Shown here: in pieces, positions 1 to 13,125 of the stretch
How the letters are laid out: every line of letters begins with the position of its first letter
Position numbering within the stretch: position 1 is the stretch's first letter
The notes under the pieces: model-generated
What the model saw: the letters and a program-made list of their open reading frames with translations, nothing else
Databases searched by the model: none
Told to the model about the DNA's origin: nothing
Made by a program: the position numbers and the translations under genes
NCBI RefSeq assembly: GCF_964355755.1
Contig: NC_092678.1
Span: 1,194,422-1,258,421, forward strand
Reading direction: 5' to 3'
DNA from: Antedon mediterranea
Taxonomy: Eukaryota > Animalia > Echinodermata
DNA length: 64,000 nucleotides

Positions 1-354
1 GTCTGCTGAGAGGGGAACTGGGTGGGCTATAGGCTAGAGAGAGTAGTCAGGCAAGGCACTGTGCACTGCTCAGTCATGCCCCGGGAGCTCAGTGTGAGAG
101 ACAGGCTGTCAACTCTCCTTATCTTGATTCCCTGTTTGAAACTGTTTTGAAAGGCGATATAGGGGCCTATATATAATTATAATCATATATTTCATATCCT
201 AGGCCTAGTAGTACAGTTCATGACATATGGCTTTATAAATCGGTATTCTTTTAATTCTTATAATTTATATTTTTATATAGTCCTAAATAACACTACACAG
301 TTTTAACTATAATTTTCAATATTTTTTTCCAGATTGTTTTAAAAGGTGAAAATA

Positions 355-547
355 ATGGGAGGCCAAGGCATACGATTTGGACGAAAGACAGGCGCTACAC
401 TGAAACGTCCGCGAGGCGGAAGACGAAATGTGTCGGCTCATTACAGCATACGTAAAACTGAAAAGTATGTCGAACCACAAAACGAAGGATTGATTTCTGA
501 TACGTTTGCTGAGCAGTTTGATGATGGGGACTTGTGCAGTCAACTTG
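355..547 (+). CDS. RBR ligase exon 1 (ATG; phase-1 donor)
   Basis: ATG at 355, open frame MGGQGIRFGRK..., donor GTATAA at 548, phase matches exon 2. Confidence 0.7.
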
Positions 548-3500
548 GTATAAAATACTTTTACTATATAATTGTGTAAACACAGACTTAAGCTCTGTCT
601 ACACTATCAAACTTGTTTGACAAAAAAAAGTGTGGTGATGTCATATCACTACAATATTTGGGTATATCACTACCATAATTGGACACATCACACTTTGATA
701 GTGTAGACAGAGCTTTATGTCTTTTGTAATACTGTTTTCATGATTTGAGTAAGTAAGTAATAACTGATAAGTGTAATTATGCTTATTTTTTTCTTTATAT
801 TTCAGATAACAATGGAGTTGAATATTCCCTTAACAAGCGCAAAAGATGGACCATTCCTGGATTTCTTAAAGAAAATATTGTGACCAATCCAATGAATCGT
901 GACAATTCTTTTCAAGTTCGACTTGTGGAGCGTCAGATTCTAGGGGATTCATCTAAACGGGCGGACTGTATCGCTGTGCACTCAAGCAAGGAAGAAAAGC
1001 ATACCCATAAACCGTGTAAGACATTCTCACTGTTAGAGGATCTCATCAAAGATGCCCCATCACAAAAACAAAAGTCAAGAAATAAGAAGAGATTTACAGA
1101 TGAAGAAAGCATGCCAGAAGTTGATATTCCTACAATGCCAGAAATACGATATGAAGTTGCTTACCCACGATCTCTCGATTCTTTTCCTAATTTTAATCCT
1201 TCAAAAATCAGTAAATGTAAGTCAAATTTATTATTGTATATGTTAATTTTACATAATAATATGTTTTGTTTATTTTTGTTACATGGGTGACCTTTTCTGT
1301 AGTACCAGAATTTTCTCAAAAAGGGCTTGGTATACAACTCGCAATAGGCCTGAAAATACTATTTATTTAATAATATGATGCTACAGTATTACTAATTTTA
1401 TAATTTATTTCTACGCAGAAAAGTAAATAGGAGTGTTTTTTTTATTTCCAGAAAACAGGTTAAATAAACTTATATATTGGTTTGTTTTATTACAGCAAAA
1501 ATTAAAACAAAACGAAACAGACTAGATTATCTGATGGAAGATTTTCTAGACATGGAAGAAGAATTCTGGGAAGAGAATGACGATAGTGAGGAGAGAGTGC
1601 AGTGCGAGAATGAATTTAGACGGCCTGCTACAAATTTAGGAGACTTTATTACATCTCAAGGGGGAATTAGCTTACAAGTAAAACAGCGAGAGAAAGAAAT
1701 TGAAGACAGACATTTTGAAAAAAATTTAAACGAGAACGAGAACAGAATATGTCCGAATCAGGCAGCTAAACAATCTTGGTTATACTTTGGAAAAGACAAC
1801 AAAGTTATAATTCAGAAGAAACAAAGAGAACTACCAAAGAAGAAAATAAAAGTTGCCAAAAAATCTAAGAAAATAAGAGAAGAAGATGATGATGTAGAAG
1901 ACAACAATTGCCAGAATATTCCAAATATTTGCATAAATATTTGCAGAGATTCTTGCGCTTCAGAAAATCTGCTAGAAGAGTTTGGCCAGGAGTATGTGGA
2001 TGGAATTTGCCAACCAAGAAGGTTTATTATTAATGTAACAGAAAGTGTACACAAACAATTAACAGACAGTGACCAGCTTAACGTGGTGAGGAAGATGAAG
2101 TTCTGGGGATACGAGTGCTGTGTCATATTTACTACTGAAGACTCTTGCCATAATTATATTAAAACGAGGTGAGTATAAAAAACAAGCATTCATCTCATGA
2201 AAATCCTCAATTATTTCACAGATCAAATATAGCTTTGAAGTAACATATTCTGTTTATATTGAACCGTAAAAGTGAACCAGAAGTTTGTCCTCCGTCTGAT
2301 ATTTTTTAACATGTTTATACTTTATTTTAGGTTAAGCTTATTTGGGTTAAAACAATCAAATACCAACATTTACCTGGATGCATTTCAGCCAAGTCTTGAC
2401 AACAGCAGAGTGTACACCGTGTCAGAGGTCATTGACACGGTTAAACGACTTATTGCAGTTAACCCACCTAAATTGTAAGTTTGATTATTAATACTAAATT
2501 TTGATGTAGTTCATAATGTTGTTTAATGTGTCACATAGTAATGTCACTATAATAATAATATGTCACTGTAATATATGTCACTGTTATGTGTCACTCTATG
2601 TCACTGTTGTGAATATGTCATTTTATGCCACTGTTATAATAGGTCATTCTATATCACTATTATAATATGTCACTATTTCTTTTTCAGGTATGACTTTGAT
2701 TCTTTGTCATTTGAATTGAAGCCAGAGATGCCATTCACAAATCTGAGGTCTGTCCTAAACCTGAATGTTGAGGTCATGCCCCCTTATCTTGCCCTTAAAT
2801 GTATGCAAGATTTAAACACAACAGCTGCTAACACTCAAGTAAGTATCGACCCCATACCTATTATAATATTAAATCTTACAAATATGTGAAAATAACAAAT
2901 TCAGTTTAAACAAAACTCCTAAGTTATTTATTTTGTTTGTTTCAGCTTGTAGGTACTACTGCAACACACTCAGATACTTGTGGGATCTGTGATGAATACC
3001 TATCGCCCTCTATCGTACCATACTTGGCCCTCAACTCTTGTCAACATTGGTTTTGTGGTGAATGTTGGCGGCTACACATTGAGAGTAGAATACAGAGGGG
3101 AGACCCTTTATTCCTTTGTCCAGTGAGTATTTCAATCATCTTTACACCCTGTTCACACTAAAGCCGAATGTCAAAGTTCAAGAGTTAGTGTGAACACAAT
3201 TAATAAATATGAATACTATAATTACAATATTGAACTTATTATTAGCTTATATTTACATCAAATTTTCAAGTTTATTGGAAAAAACTGAATTTGTTAGTTA
3301 TTTGTTAGTTATTTGTTAGTTTGAAGTTAAATACTAATGGTTTAATTGTGCCTCTTACTTCAAGGGTCATAATTGCAAATCACAAGTGGACGACCTGTCG
3401 TTGATGTCTCTTATTTCTGGGGATCAGTTCTTAAGGCACAAAGTACATGCTTTGAACCGATACGTTGAAAGCAACCCAGAGTGGTACTGGTTTCCTAGAC

Positions 3501-6500
3501 CACAGTGTGGTCGTGTGGCTAGGATCCAAGGTTACGCCAGTGGTCATGGTTTCTTGACCTGTGATTGCGGTCTGGAGTCGTGTCTCGAGTGCAAAGAGAA
3601 AGTCCATTGGCCAGCTACTTGTCAGCAGTTTAAAGAATATCAGGAAAAAATGAATCTAAAACGTAAGAATTTTGATTTTGCATAATAACAGTTTCAGTAG
3701 ATCCTCAGAACTGTATCTGTAAATTTAACAGTATCATTGGCGAATGCTGTGATACAATGTCATATATGTATCACAACTGATGCCTGTATCGGGCCATAAG
3801 CCTATCTAACCTTAAAATAAGCATGCTATGTGATACATATGTGACACTTTATTCCAGAATTTTCCTATGATACTTGACAAGAGTATGTGCTGTACAGAGA
3901 ACCAATTTAAATTTCAAACTTTCTTTTTCTAGGTTTTCTCGAACAGCCCTTAATTACCAAGGTGCAAGTGAAGCGATGCCCTGCATGTCACCAGCCAATG
4001 CAAAAGAATGGAGGTTGTAACATGGTGACGTGTCGATGTCGCCATATGTTTTGTTGGCAGTGTCTCTATATAGTTGATTTCTGCAAATGCCATTCAATTG
4101 GTAATTTTAAAAAGAAATTTGAGGTAATTTACACCAATTCTTATGGCCTCTTTGTGAGACTGAATAAGTGACGGATGTTATAGTATACATAATAAGTGAC
4201 GGATGTTATAGTATACATAATAAAATAAAATTAACTAATTAAACAAATTTTCTTTATAGTTTATCAAATTGGAACCAGTTATTACAGTGGTCGCCAAGAT
4301 GAGTTTGTTTGACAAGGCATTGCACCATCATACGTCATTTGGAGGCCTGAAAAGGAGACAATTGAGAAAAACAGCCAATTCTGTTGTTGTCAAAATGGTA
4401 TGTGCAGTGCTTGTATATTGTGTATTTTAGCTTTTTGTGGCAGTATCTAATATTAGGAGAAAGTAATGGTTTAATATATGAAAATGTAATGTAAATGGGG
4501 GAAAAACCTGTGACTTGCAGCCTACTGGGCTGAATTATGCACAGGTATGGATGTAGTTCCAGACTTAATATTAGTAAAAAAAAAAATGTTTGTACAAATA
4601 GCGTTTCATACGTATACTACTTGAGCTTGGATACTCCGTCTGGGGAAACACGTACAAGTCACATGGTTTGACACCAAGAATTCTTGGTGCATACGATTAT
4701 CCGGTTGACTAGTTTCAGCCGGATGCGATAGCCTACTTACCCGAAAATATATTAATATGCTTTTTTGGAACAACTAAGATGATGCGCATGCGCTATGTTA
4801 CGTTTAGACGATGTAGAGAGATGTGTGCTTTTGGGTACTCTAACTCCAACACATTTTTTTGCGTGATGATGAAAGTTTCCTGAAGGCTAAAACTGATTTG
4901 ATATGCCTAGTAGTAAACATTTGATGGGATTTTTCCCAAGAACATGAAAACTCCTCTTGATATGATGGGCTAGCTTCTCCGCAAATCAAATATTCAACAG
5001 ATCATTATGCGGAGATAATTTGATTCATTACCACCCGCCCAGAACCCTGCCCTCTGTGGTAGCTATGTGACAGTGGTATGTACCTATTTATCATACAAGT
5101 ACGAGTCCTAGGCTTAAGACTAGATATGTAGGCCTAACTAACAAAAACACTTGGCCACACTGTAGGCCTATAATGTCACAATATATTTCAACAGTTGTTA
5201 TTTCAGTCTCGATTGTACTTAAATATGTACTCTTCTTAAAATCAAATGACGTCCGTCGTTTGAACATCGGTTGATTCGAAATCCATATTTACATACCGCC
5301 CGCCCCATATAGCCAAATACGGTATGACAACCTACATCATTCTTATCGTATGTTTGCAGTCTGAAAATCGATTTGTATACGTACATCACAAGTCTGTATT
5401 TCCAGACAAAAATCTAACCGTTGACTGGTGGACTAACATAAAACAGACAGACTTTAAGCATGTCTTAGCCTGGACGACACATATCACAACTTTCTACTCC
5501 CCTTAGGGTCCTTTTGTGTCGAATGCTGGCACCAAACAGTGTCCGGCTTTTAATCATTAAATACATTTTATTTTTGTAGTTTGTAAAATACAAAAGACTT
5601 GGCATACAAAACCAAACAGCGGCCTCATCGTATGATACAAGTAGGCTTCAAGATCTTCTAGCTCTCACTCAAGATGTTTTACAGTTCTTTTTTGAGGTAA
5701 CATTTTATATCCTTTACAGTATATGTATTGTTATTTTGTTTGCTTAATTTAGTGATATGATGTTGTCGAATGGTAGTAGTCGGTAGTTTGGTTTTTTGAT
5801 GGTTTGGTGCTGGTGAATAAGTATAAATGTTTGTTTTATGATTCTATATTTAATATAAATTTATAATCTCTGTCGACAGGCCAAAAGGATTCTGGAATAT
5901 GGGTTTGTTGTGATTAGCTACTATTCTAGACGTGATCATTGTCAAGAAATGTTTTACCAAGTTTTGAGACTGGAGCACATCGTTCAAAGAATGGAAGAGG
6001 TAAATATACTGTAGTCTTCTTAATCCTGACAACATAGAGGTATTATATTACAACTAGAGAGTCAACTAGGTGAAAGGGTAGGGACTCCTCAAAATGGTAG
6101 TATGTGACTGGGTAGTGTGCATAACATCAAACTGGCATATCTGATGGGATGCAGCCATATTTGGTAGTCCCTCTCCATTGCGGCTCTTGCGTTTGGAGCT
6201 GTTATTGTGTTGAGTATACTCTGTAATCGTAATAGACTAATTTGGCTGATTTATCATTGATATATGTGTAGTGGAGCTGTAGCTTGGTGGTTAACACGCT
6301 GGCCTTCCAATCCTGGATTTAATCCTGACCTAGTGTCTTCTTCTCTTCTACTTCATTCCCTAAACCTTGTTGTATATTTCCGCAAATATATTGTATGTTT
6401 GTAATTATATTTTTGGCTGTGATTGGCTTAAATAGAATATAACTGTGTATAATTATAATAATGATAATAATATAACTATAATGTATATTTGTTTGTTTCA

Positions 6501-6639
6501 GATCTTGCAAGGTAATTGCAGACACTACTCACTTGATGCAACAGAGACAATCCTTAGAAGTTTGTTGACATCTGGAAATAATGACCTTAAACTCATGGCA
6601 CAAACATTAAAGTCTAACCTGCGACAACCTGTCCATTAA
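355..6639 (+). CDS. Ariadne-like RBR (RING1-IBR-RING2) E3 ubiquitin-protein ligase, 12 exons, 916 aa
   Basis: Phase-consistent GT-AG exons: 355-547, 806-1216, 1496-2168, 2331-2474, 2688-2838, 2946-3122, 3365-3662, 3933-4123, 4260-4397, 5580-5696, 5880-5999, 6502-6639 (sum 2751 nt, no internal stop). RING1 CGICDE...CQHWFCGECW...CPGHNC; IBR WFPRPQC...CDCGLESCLECKEKVHWPATC; RING2 KRCPAC...KNGGCNMVTCRCRHMFCWQC; Ariadne-domain-like AKRILEYGFVVISYY. Confidence 0.88.
591..714. mobile_element. Tourist/PIF-Harbinger-like MITE in intron 1
   Basis: Perfect 21-bp TIRs AGCTCTGTCTACACTATCAAA (591-611 / 694-714), flanked by TTA on both sides (3-bp TWA TSD). Confidence 0.8.
806..1216 (+). CDS. RBR ligase exon 2
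   Basis: Polypyrimidine + TTTCAG acceptor ending at 805; donor GTAAGT at 1217; open frame. Confidence 0.8.
1496..2168 (+). CDS. RBR ligase exon 3 (acidic and basic stretches)
   Basis: TTACAG acceptor ending at 1495; donor GTGAGT at 2169; lies in the 231-aa ORF. Confidence 0.85.
2331..2474 (+). CDS. RBR ligase exon 4
   Basis: TTTTAG acceptor, GTAAGT donor, phase 2-2. Confidence 0.8.
2688..2838 (+). CDS. RBR ligase exon 5
   Basis: TTTCAG acceptor, GTAAGT donor, phase 2-0. Confidence 0.8.
2946..3122 (+). CDS. RBR ligase exon 6 (RING1)
   Basis: TTTCAG acceptor, GTGAGT donor; CGIC...CQHWFCGEC...CP. Confidence 0.9.
3365..3662 (+). CDS. RBR ligase exon 7 (end of RING1 + IBR)
   Basis: AG acceptor, GTAAGA donor; CDCG..SCLECKEKVHWPATC. 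Confidence 0.9.
3933..4123 (+). CDS. RBR ligase exon 8 (RING2)
   Basis: TTCTAG acceptor, GTAATT donor; KRCPAC..KNGGCN..C.C.H.FCWQC. Confidence 0.9.
4260..4397 (+). CDS. RBR ligase exon 9
   Basis: TTATAG acceptor, GTATGT donor, 46 open codons. Confidence 0.75.
5580..5696 (+). CDS. RBR ligase exon 10
   Basis: TTGTAG acceptor, GTAACA donor, 39 open codons. Confidence 0.75.
5880..5999 (+). CDS. RBR ligase exon 11 (Ariadne-domain-like helix)
   Basis: ACAG acceptor, GTAAAT donor; AKRILEYGFVVISYY resembles the Ariadne CRxxLKYTYxxxYY helix. Confidence 0.8.
6268..6365 (+). mobile_element. Degenerate tRNA-derived SINE-like head in intron 11
   Basis: GTGGAGCTGTAGCTTGGTGGTTAA (A-box-like) is nearly identical to the head at 13950; B-box decayed. 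Confidence 0.5.
6502..6639 (+). CDS. RBR ligase terminal exon
   Basis: TTTCAG acceptor, ILQGNCRHYS...QPVH then TAA. Confidence 0.8.
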   Translation: MLQGNCRHYSLDATETILRSLLTSGNNDLKLMAQTLKSNLRQPVH

Positions 6640-6807
6640 ACCAATTATTCAAAGACATTACATTGTTGTTACTTTGTAGGTACACACCTAATTGGTGGCT
6701 TAGGCTGCTTTTGTGTTTTCTTGGCAGCTAGTATGATTTTATATTTTCTTCTTGCGTCATGTGTTTGTATAATTTGTATTATATTTTGTAAAATGTCTCT
6801 TTTGCTG

Positions 6808-6813
6808 AATAAA
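6808..6813 (+). promoter_or_regulatory. Candidate polyadenylation signal of the RBR gene
   Basis: First AATAAA, about 170 nt after the stop codon. Confidence 0.5.
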
Positions 6814-7291
6814 TAACAATAATAATAACTCATTTTGTCTGCCACATAGTTGAAAGTTGTTCAAAGTTGTGTATTCTATGTGAACAAATACTTTATACCC
6901 TACACCTCTTAGTCTACAGTTGAACCAATATTACTTTATTAAAACATGGGGATAATATTTGTGTTTGTTGAATTGTTTATATAGATGATAATGTGAAATC
7001 TGATTATTTCCACAAAAAAATTGTTGATAAAATGTGTACTTTACTTTATTATTAATTGTAAACTTTAAAAGTTGTACAGTATTTCAGTTATGAAACACTA
7101 TGATGCAATAATATGACCTTATATTATAAAATTGTCTTGATTACTTTCTTTTTTTCATTAGAATTTGTTTAAATAGAGGTGCCGAATTCGCTCCTCTTAA
7201 ATTTTGATGTTAAGATGCATTTTAATAAAATCACAGGACCCTCAACAATATTCTAGTGCAGTTACTGCATATTTTAAAAGAAAATAAATTT

Positions 7292-10200
7292 TGTTTTGAC
7301 GAAATTTGCTTTCCATAATATTCATAAATCAATTATTTTTTGACGAATGTTGCCTTTCATAATATTCATAAGTCAATACCTTGTTTAACGAATGTTGCCT
7401 CCCGTAATACTGAATCAATACATTTTTTTAAGGATGTTGCCTTCCATAATACTAAATCGATACCTTGTTTGACAAAATTTGCCTTCCATAATATTGAATC
7501 AGTACCTTGTTTGACGAAATTTGCGCTTCCATAATATTGAATCAGTACCTTGTTTGACGAAATTTGCCTTCCATAATATTGAATCCGTACCTTTTGTTTG
7601 ATGAAATTTGCCTTCCATAATATTGAATCAGTACCTTTTGTTTGACGAATTTTGCCTTCCATAATTTTAAATCAGTACCTTGTTTGACGAATTTTGCCTT
7701 CCATAATATTGAATCAGTACCTTTTGTTTGACGAAATTTGCCTTCCATAATATTGAATCAGTACCTTGTTTAAATTTGCCTTCCATAATATTGAATCAGT
7801 ACCTTTTGTTTGACGAAATTTGCCTTCCATAATATTGAATCGGTACCTTTTGTTTGACGAATTTGCCTTCCCTAATATTGAATCAGTACCTTTTGTTTGA
7901 CGAAATTTGCCTTCCATAATATTGAATCAATAAATTGTTTGTCGAAATTTGCCTTCCATAACACTGAATCAATACCTTGTTTGACGAAATTTGCCTTCCG
8001 TAATATTGAATCAGTACCTTTTGTTTGACGAAATTTGCCTTCCATAATTTTAAATCAGTACCTTGTTTGACGAATTTTGCCTTCCATAATATTGAATCAG
8101 TACCTTTTGTTTGACGAAATTTGCCTTCCATAATATTGAATCAGTACCTTGTTTGACGAATTTCGCCTTCCATAATATTGAATAAGTACCTTTTGTTTGA
8201 CGAACTTTGCCTTCCATAATATTGAATCAGTACCTTTTGTTTGACGAAATTTGCCTTCCATAATATTGAATCAGTACCTTTTGTTTGACGAATTTTGCCT
8301 TCCATAATATTGAATCAGTACCTTTTGTTTGACGAAATTTGCCTTCCATAATATTGAATCAGTACCTTGTTTGACGAATTTCGCCTTCCATAATATTGAA
8401 TCAGTACCTTTTGTTTAACGAACTTTGCCTTCCATAATATTGAATCAGTACCTTTTGTTTGACGAAATTTGCCTTCCATAATATTGAATCAGTACCTTTT
8501 GTTTGACGAAATTTGCCTTCCATAATATTGAATCAGTACCTTTTGTTTGACGAAATTTGCCTTCCATAATATTGAATCAGTACCTTTTGTTTGACGAAAT
8601 TTGCCTTCCATAATATTGAATAAGTACCTTTTGTTTGACGAAATTCGCCTTCCATAATATTGAATCAGTACCTTTTTGTTTGACGAATTTTGCCTTCCAT
8701 AATATTGAATCAGTACCTTTTGTTTGACGAACTTTGCCTTCCATAATATTGAATCAGTACCTTTTGTTTGACGAATTTTTCCTTCCATAATATTGAATCA
8801 GTACCTTTTGTTTGACGAATTTTGCCTTCCATAATATTGAATCAGTACCTTTTGTTTGACGAAATTTGCCTTTCATAATTTTAAATCAGTACCTTTTGTT
8901 TGACGAATTTTGCCTTCCATAATATTGAATCAGTACCTTTTGTTTGACGAAATTTGCCTTCCATAATATTGATTCAGTACCTTTTGTTTGACGAATTTTG
9001 CCTTCCATAATATTGAATCAGTACCTTTTGTTTGACGAAATTTGCCTTCCATAATTTTTAATCAGTACCTTGTTTGACGAATTTTTCCTTCCATAATATT
9101 GAATCAGTACCTTTTGTTTGACGAATTTTGCCTTCCATAATATTGAATCAGTACCTTTTGTTTGACGAAATTTGCCTTCCATAATTTTTAATCAGTACCT
9201 TGTTTGACGAATTTTTCCTTCCATAATATTGAATCAGTACCTTTTGTTTGACGAATTTTGCCTTCCATAATATTGAATCAGTACCTTTTGTTTGACGAAA
9301 TTTGCCTTTCATAATTTTAAATCAGTACCTTTTGTTTGACGAATTTTGCCTTCCATAATATTGAATCAGTACCTTTTGTTTGACGAAATTTGCCTTCCAT
9401 AATATTGATTCAGTACCTTTTGTTTGACGAATTTTGCCTTCCATAATATTGAATCAGTACCTTTTGTTTGACGAAATTTGCCTTCCATAATTTTTAATCA
9501 GTACCTTGTTTGACGAATTTTTCCTTCCATAATATTGAATCAGTACCTTTTGTTTGACGAATTTTGCCTTCCATAATATTGAATCAGTACCTTTTGTTTG
9601 ACGAAATTTGCCTTCCATAATTTTTAATCAGTACCTTGTTTGACGAATTTTTCCTTCCATAATATTGAATCAGTACCTTTTGTTTGACGAATTTTGCCTT
9701 CCATAATATTGAATCAGTACCTTTTGTTTGACGAAATTTGCCTTTCATAATTTTAAATCAGTACCTTTTGTTTGACGAATTTTGCCTTCCATAATATTGA
9801 ATCAGTACCTTTTGTTTGACGAAATTTGCCTTCCATAATATTGATTCAGTACCTTTTGTTTGACGAATTTTGCCTTCCATAATATTGAATCAGTACCTTT
9901 TGTTTGACGAAATTTGCCTTCCATAATTTTTAATCAGTACCTTGTTTGACGAATTTTGCCTTCCATAATATTGAATAAGTACCTTTTGTTTGACGAATTT
10001 CGCCTTCCATAATATTGAATCAGTACCTTTTGTTTGACGAAATTCGCCTTCCATAATATTGAATCAGTACCTTGTTTGACGAATTTCGCCTTCCATAATA
10101 TTGAATAAGTACCTTTTGTTTGACGAACTTTGCCTTCCATAATATTGAATCAGTACCTTTTGTTTGACGAAATTTGCCTTCCATAATATTGAATCAGTAC

Positions 10201-11322
10201 CTTTTGTTTGACGAATTTTGCCTTCCATAATATTGAATCAGTACCTTTTGTTTGACGAAATTTGCCTTCCATAATATTGAATCAGTACCTTGTTTGACGA
10301 ATTTCGCCTTCCATAATATTGAATAAGTACCTTTTGTTTGACGAACTTTGCCTTCCATAATATTGAATCAGTACCTTTTGTTTGACGAAATTTGCCTTCC
10401 ATAATATTGAATCAGTACCTTTTGTTTGACGAATTTTGCCTTCCATAATATTGAATCAGTACCTTGTTTGACGAAATTTGCCTTCCATAATATTGATTCA
10501 GTACCTTTTGTTTGACGAATTTTGCCTTCCATAATATTGAATCAGTACCTTTTGTTTGACGAATTTTGCCTTCCATAATATTGAATAAGTACCTTTTGTT
10601 TGACGAAATTCGCCTTCCATAATATTGAATCAGTACCTTTTTGTTTGACTAATTTTGCCTTCCATAATATTGAATCAGTACCTTTTGTTTGACGAACTTT
10701 GCCTTCCATAATATTGAATCAGTACCTTTTGTTTGACGAATTTTGCCTTCCATAATATTGAATCAGTACCTTTTGTTTGACGAAATTTGCCTTTCATAAT
10801 TTTAAATCAGTACCTTTTGTTTGACGAATTTTGCCTTCCATAATATTGAATCAGTACCTTTTGTTTGACGAAATTTGCCTTCCATAATATTGATTCAGTA
10901 CCTTTTGTTTGACGAATTTTGCCTTCCATAATATTGAATAAGTACCTTTTGTTTGACGAATTTCGCCTTCCATAATATTGAATCAGTACCTTTTGTTTGA
11001 CGAAATTCGCCTTCCATAATATTGAATCAGTACCTTGTTTGACGAATTTCGCCTTCCATAATATTGAATAAGTACCTTTTGTTTGACGAAATTTGCCTTC
11101 CATAATATTGAATCAGTACCTTTTGTTTGACGAAATTTGCCTTCCATAATATTGAATCAGTACCTTTTGTTTGACGAATTTTGCCTTCCATAATATTGAA
11201 TCAGTACCTTGTTTGACGAAATTTGCCTTCCATAATATTGATTCAGTACCTTTTGTTTGACGAATTTTGCCTTCCATAATATTGAATCAGTACCTTTTGT
11301 TTGACGACATTTGTCTTCCATA
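7292..11322. repeat. 42/44-bp satellite array (~90 units)
   Basis: Unit GTTTGACGAAATTTGCCTTCCATAATATTGAATCAGTACCTTTT; degenerate left edge, homogeneous core. Confidence 0.97.
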
Positions 11323-13125
11323 CCAATCTTATATACCCAATGTAAACTCTGTGGCCTAGGAATTCTCGTTGTTTTGTTATTGATTTAAAATTCAGTGTAA
11401 TCATGCTTATCAACAATGTGTTTAATATAAACGAAGGGTGGTTAGAATTAGAGAGTGTTCCAGGTAAGAATTAATGTATAGTTTATTGATAATAATTGAT
11501 AAACCTGATCCTGGTAGCCGCTAGTACTAGGAGCCTCCCTAGTAGTATAGCCTAGGGCCTAGGCCTAGCTAGTAGTAGTAGGCTAGGCCTCCTAACTAGG
11601 CCGCTCTAGCCTAGGCCTAGTAGTACTGTAGTACTAGGCCTAGAAGGCTAGCCTAAATTAAATTTAGAAAGAGATTGCCTATCCCTAGGCTTTGATAGCC
11701 AGCCTAACTCCCTCTTAAGCCCATTCGGTCTAGCAGAAAAGGATCGAGCCTTTAAGTTTAATTGAAAAATTATTATGCAAATGTTATTAATAATTAATTA
11801 TGTCTAGTTTCCCTTGCATGTGCCACAAATTAGGTTCCATTATTGCAAATTCACATTCTGTTCCCAACCTTAAAATAACTAGTATCACCCCATCCCATCC
11901 AAACTTTTTCTCACATCGAATGAACAAACTAGTTGACAAGACTTCATTGAAAATTAGGTTCCATTGCATTATTGCGAATTTAAGTTTATGTTATGTTAAT
12001 ATAGCTTTATAATTTCGCTCACCCATCCCATCCAAATTTCTTCCCATATTATATTATGAACAAACGAGATGACGACCTTATTGCACAATTAGTTTCCATT
12101 ATTAGCAAGTGTTTCCAACATCAAAGAGTGTTAAAACTTGATGAATTAATTAGGTACCATTATTTTGTGCAAATATGTTTAACTGTACGTTTGTAGTGTT
12201 ACGTGACCTATGAAGAGATTGACGACCGAAGATGACAATTCAATATCTAACTCATCTTTATTGCAAAATTAGGTTCCATTATCTATTTATGTTCTATAAA
12301 TTATCTATAAATGTTTTAGCGCCAAAGGTAAATTGACCCAACCCCTGTCCACATAACAATAACATGCAGACACGGGTAGCCTTCCCATCATGCATAACAC
12401 AATTAGCTTGCCAGAATGTGCTATTAGGCGACCTAGCTTTGCGTGATACAGACCATGCGAACTTAATTTGGCAAGTTCACTTAATTTGGCGTTACACCGG
12501 CTTTATCATCTATATTCGGTCTTACCAATCCTGTTAGACCATTGCTATAAATCAGTCTTAGCTAAAACCGTGTACAGTAACAAATTGAGGGCATACTTTA
12601 CGCGTACAGTACCAAATAAGGTAATATTCGTCAAACTTTCTCTTGCCGAACACACTGCTGATGTTTTCAGAACATTCACATAAGTGGGTTAGCGTAACCA
12701 AATAACACAGTGCAGTGGCCATATTACTTTCAGAGGCCAAGTAAATTCATAACTTGTTAACGGACAGTGATATGGATATACATTTTGCATTATAATGTCT
12801 CCACCTTCAACCCCTCCGATAACACTAGGCTAGGTAATGTTTCTTCCTCAAGCTTCTACATATAGCTAAATGCGGGATTATTCGGCCCAGGTGCGACAGG
12901 ACCCATTATTAGGCCGATGTATGTCTGACTAAGAGTGGCTTCTAATTCTGATTTTTTATATGAAATAATGTGAAGTACATGATGCTAACATTATTTGTTT
13001 GTTTTTATTTTGTGGATTTTTAATTGTTTGTTTTGTGTCATTTCTTTTTAGGGGTGTAGGCCTACAAGGAGGTACAAACAAGGAGGATGAAGCTGCAATC
13101 ATATTTACTTTTGTAATTGTATCAA

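Noticed and set aside
1-175. GC-richer segment possibly being a SINE/LINE 3' end or promoter of the RBR gene
   Set aside because: Truncated by the window edge, with no diagnostic motif I can defend.
7340-11103. Many ORFs (MEGKFRQTKGTDSIL...)
   Set aside because: Translations of the 42/44-bp satellite; the frame shifts between units and there is no domain signal.
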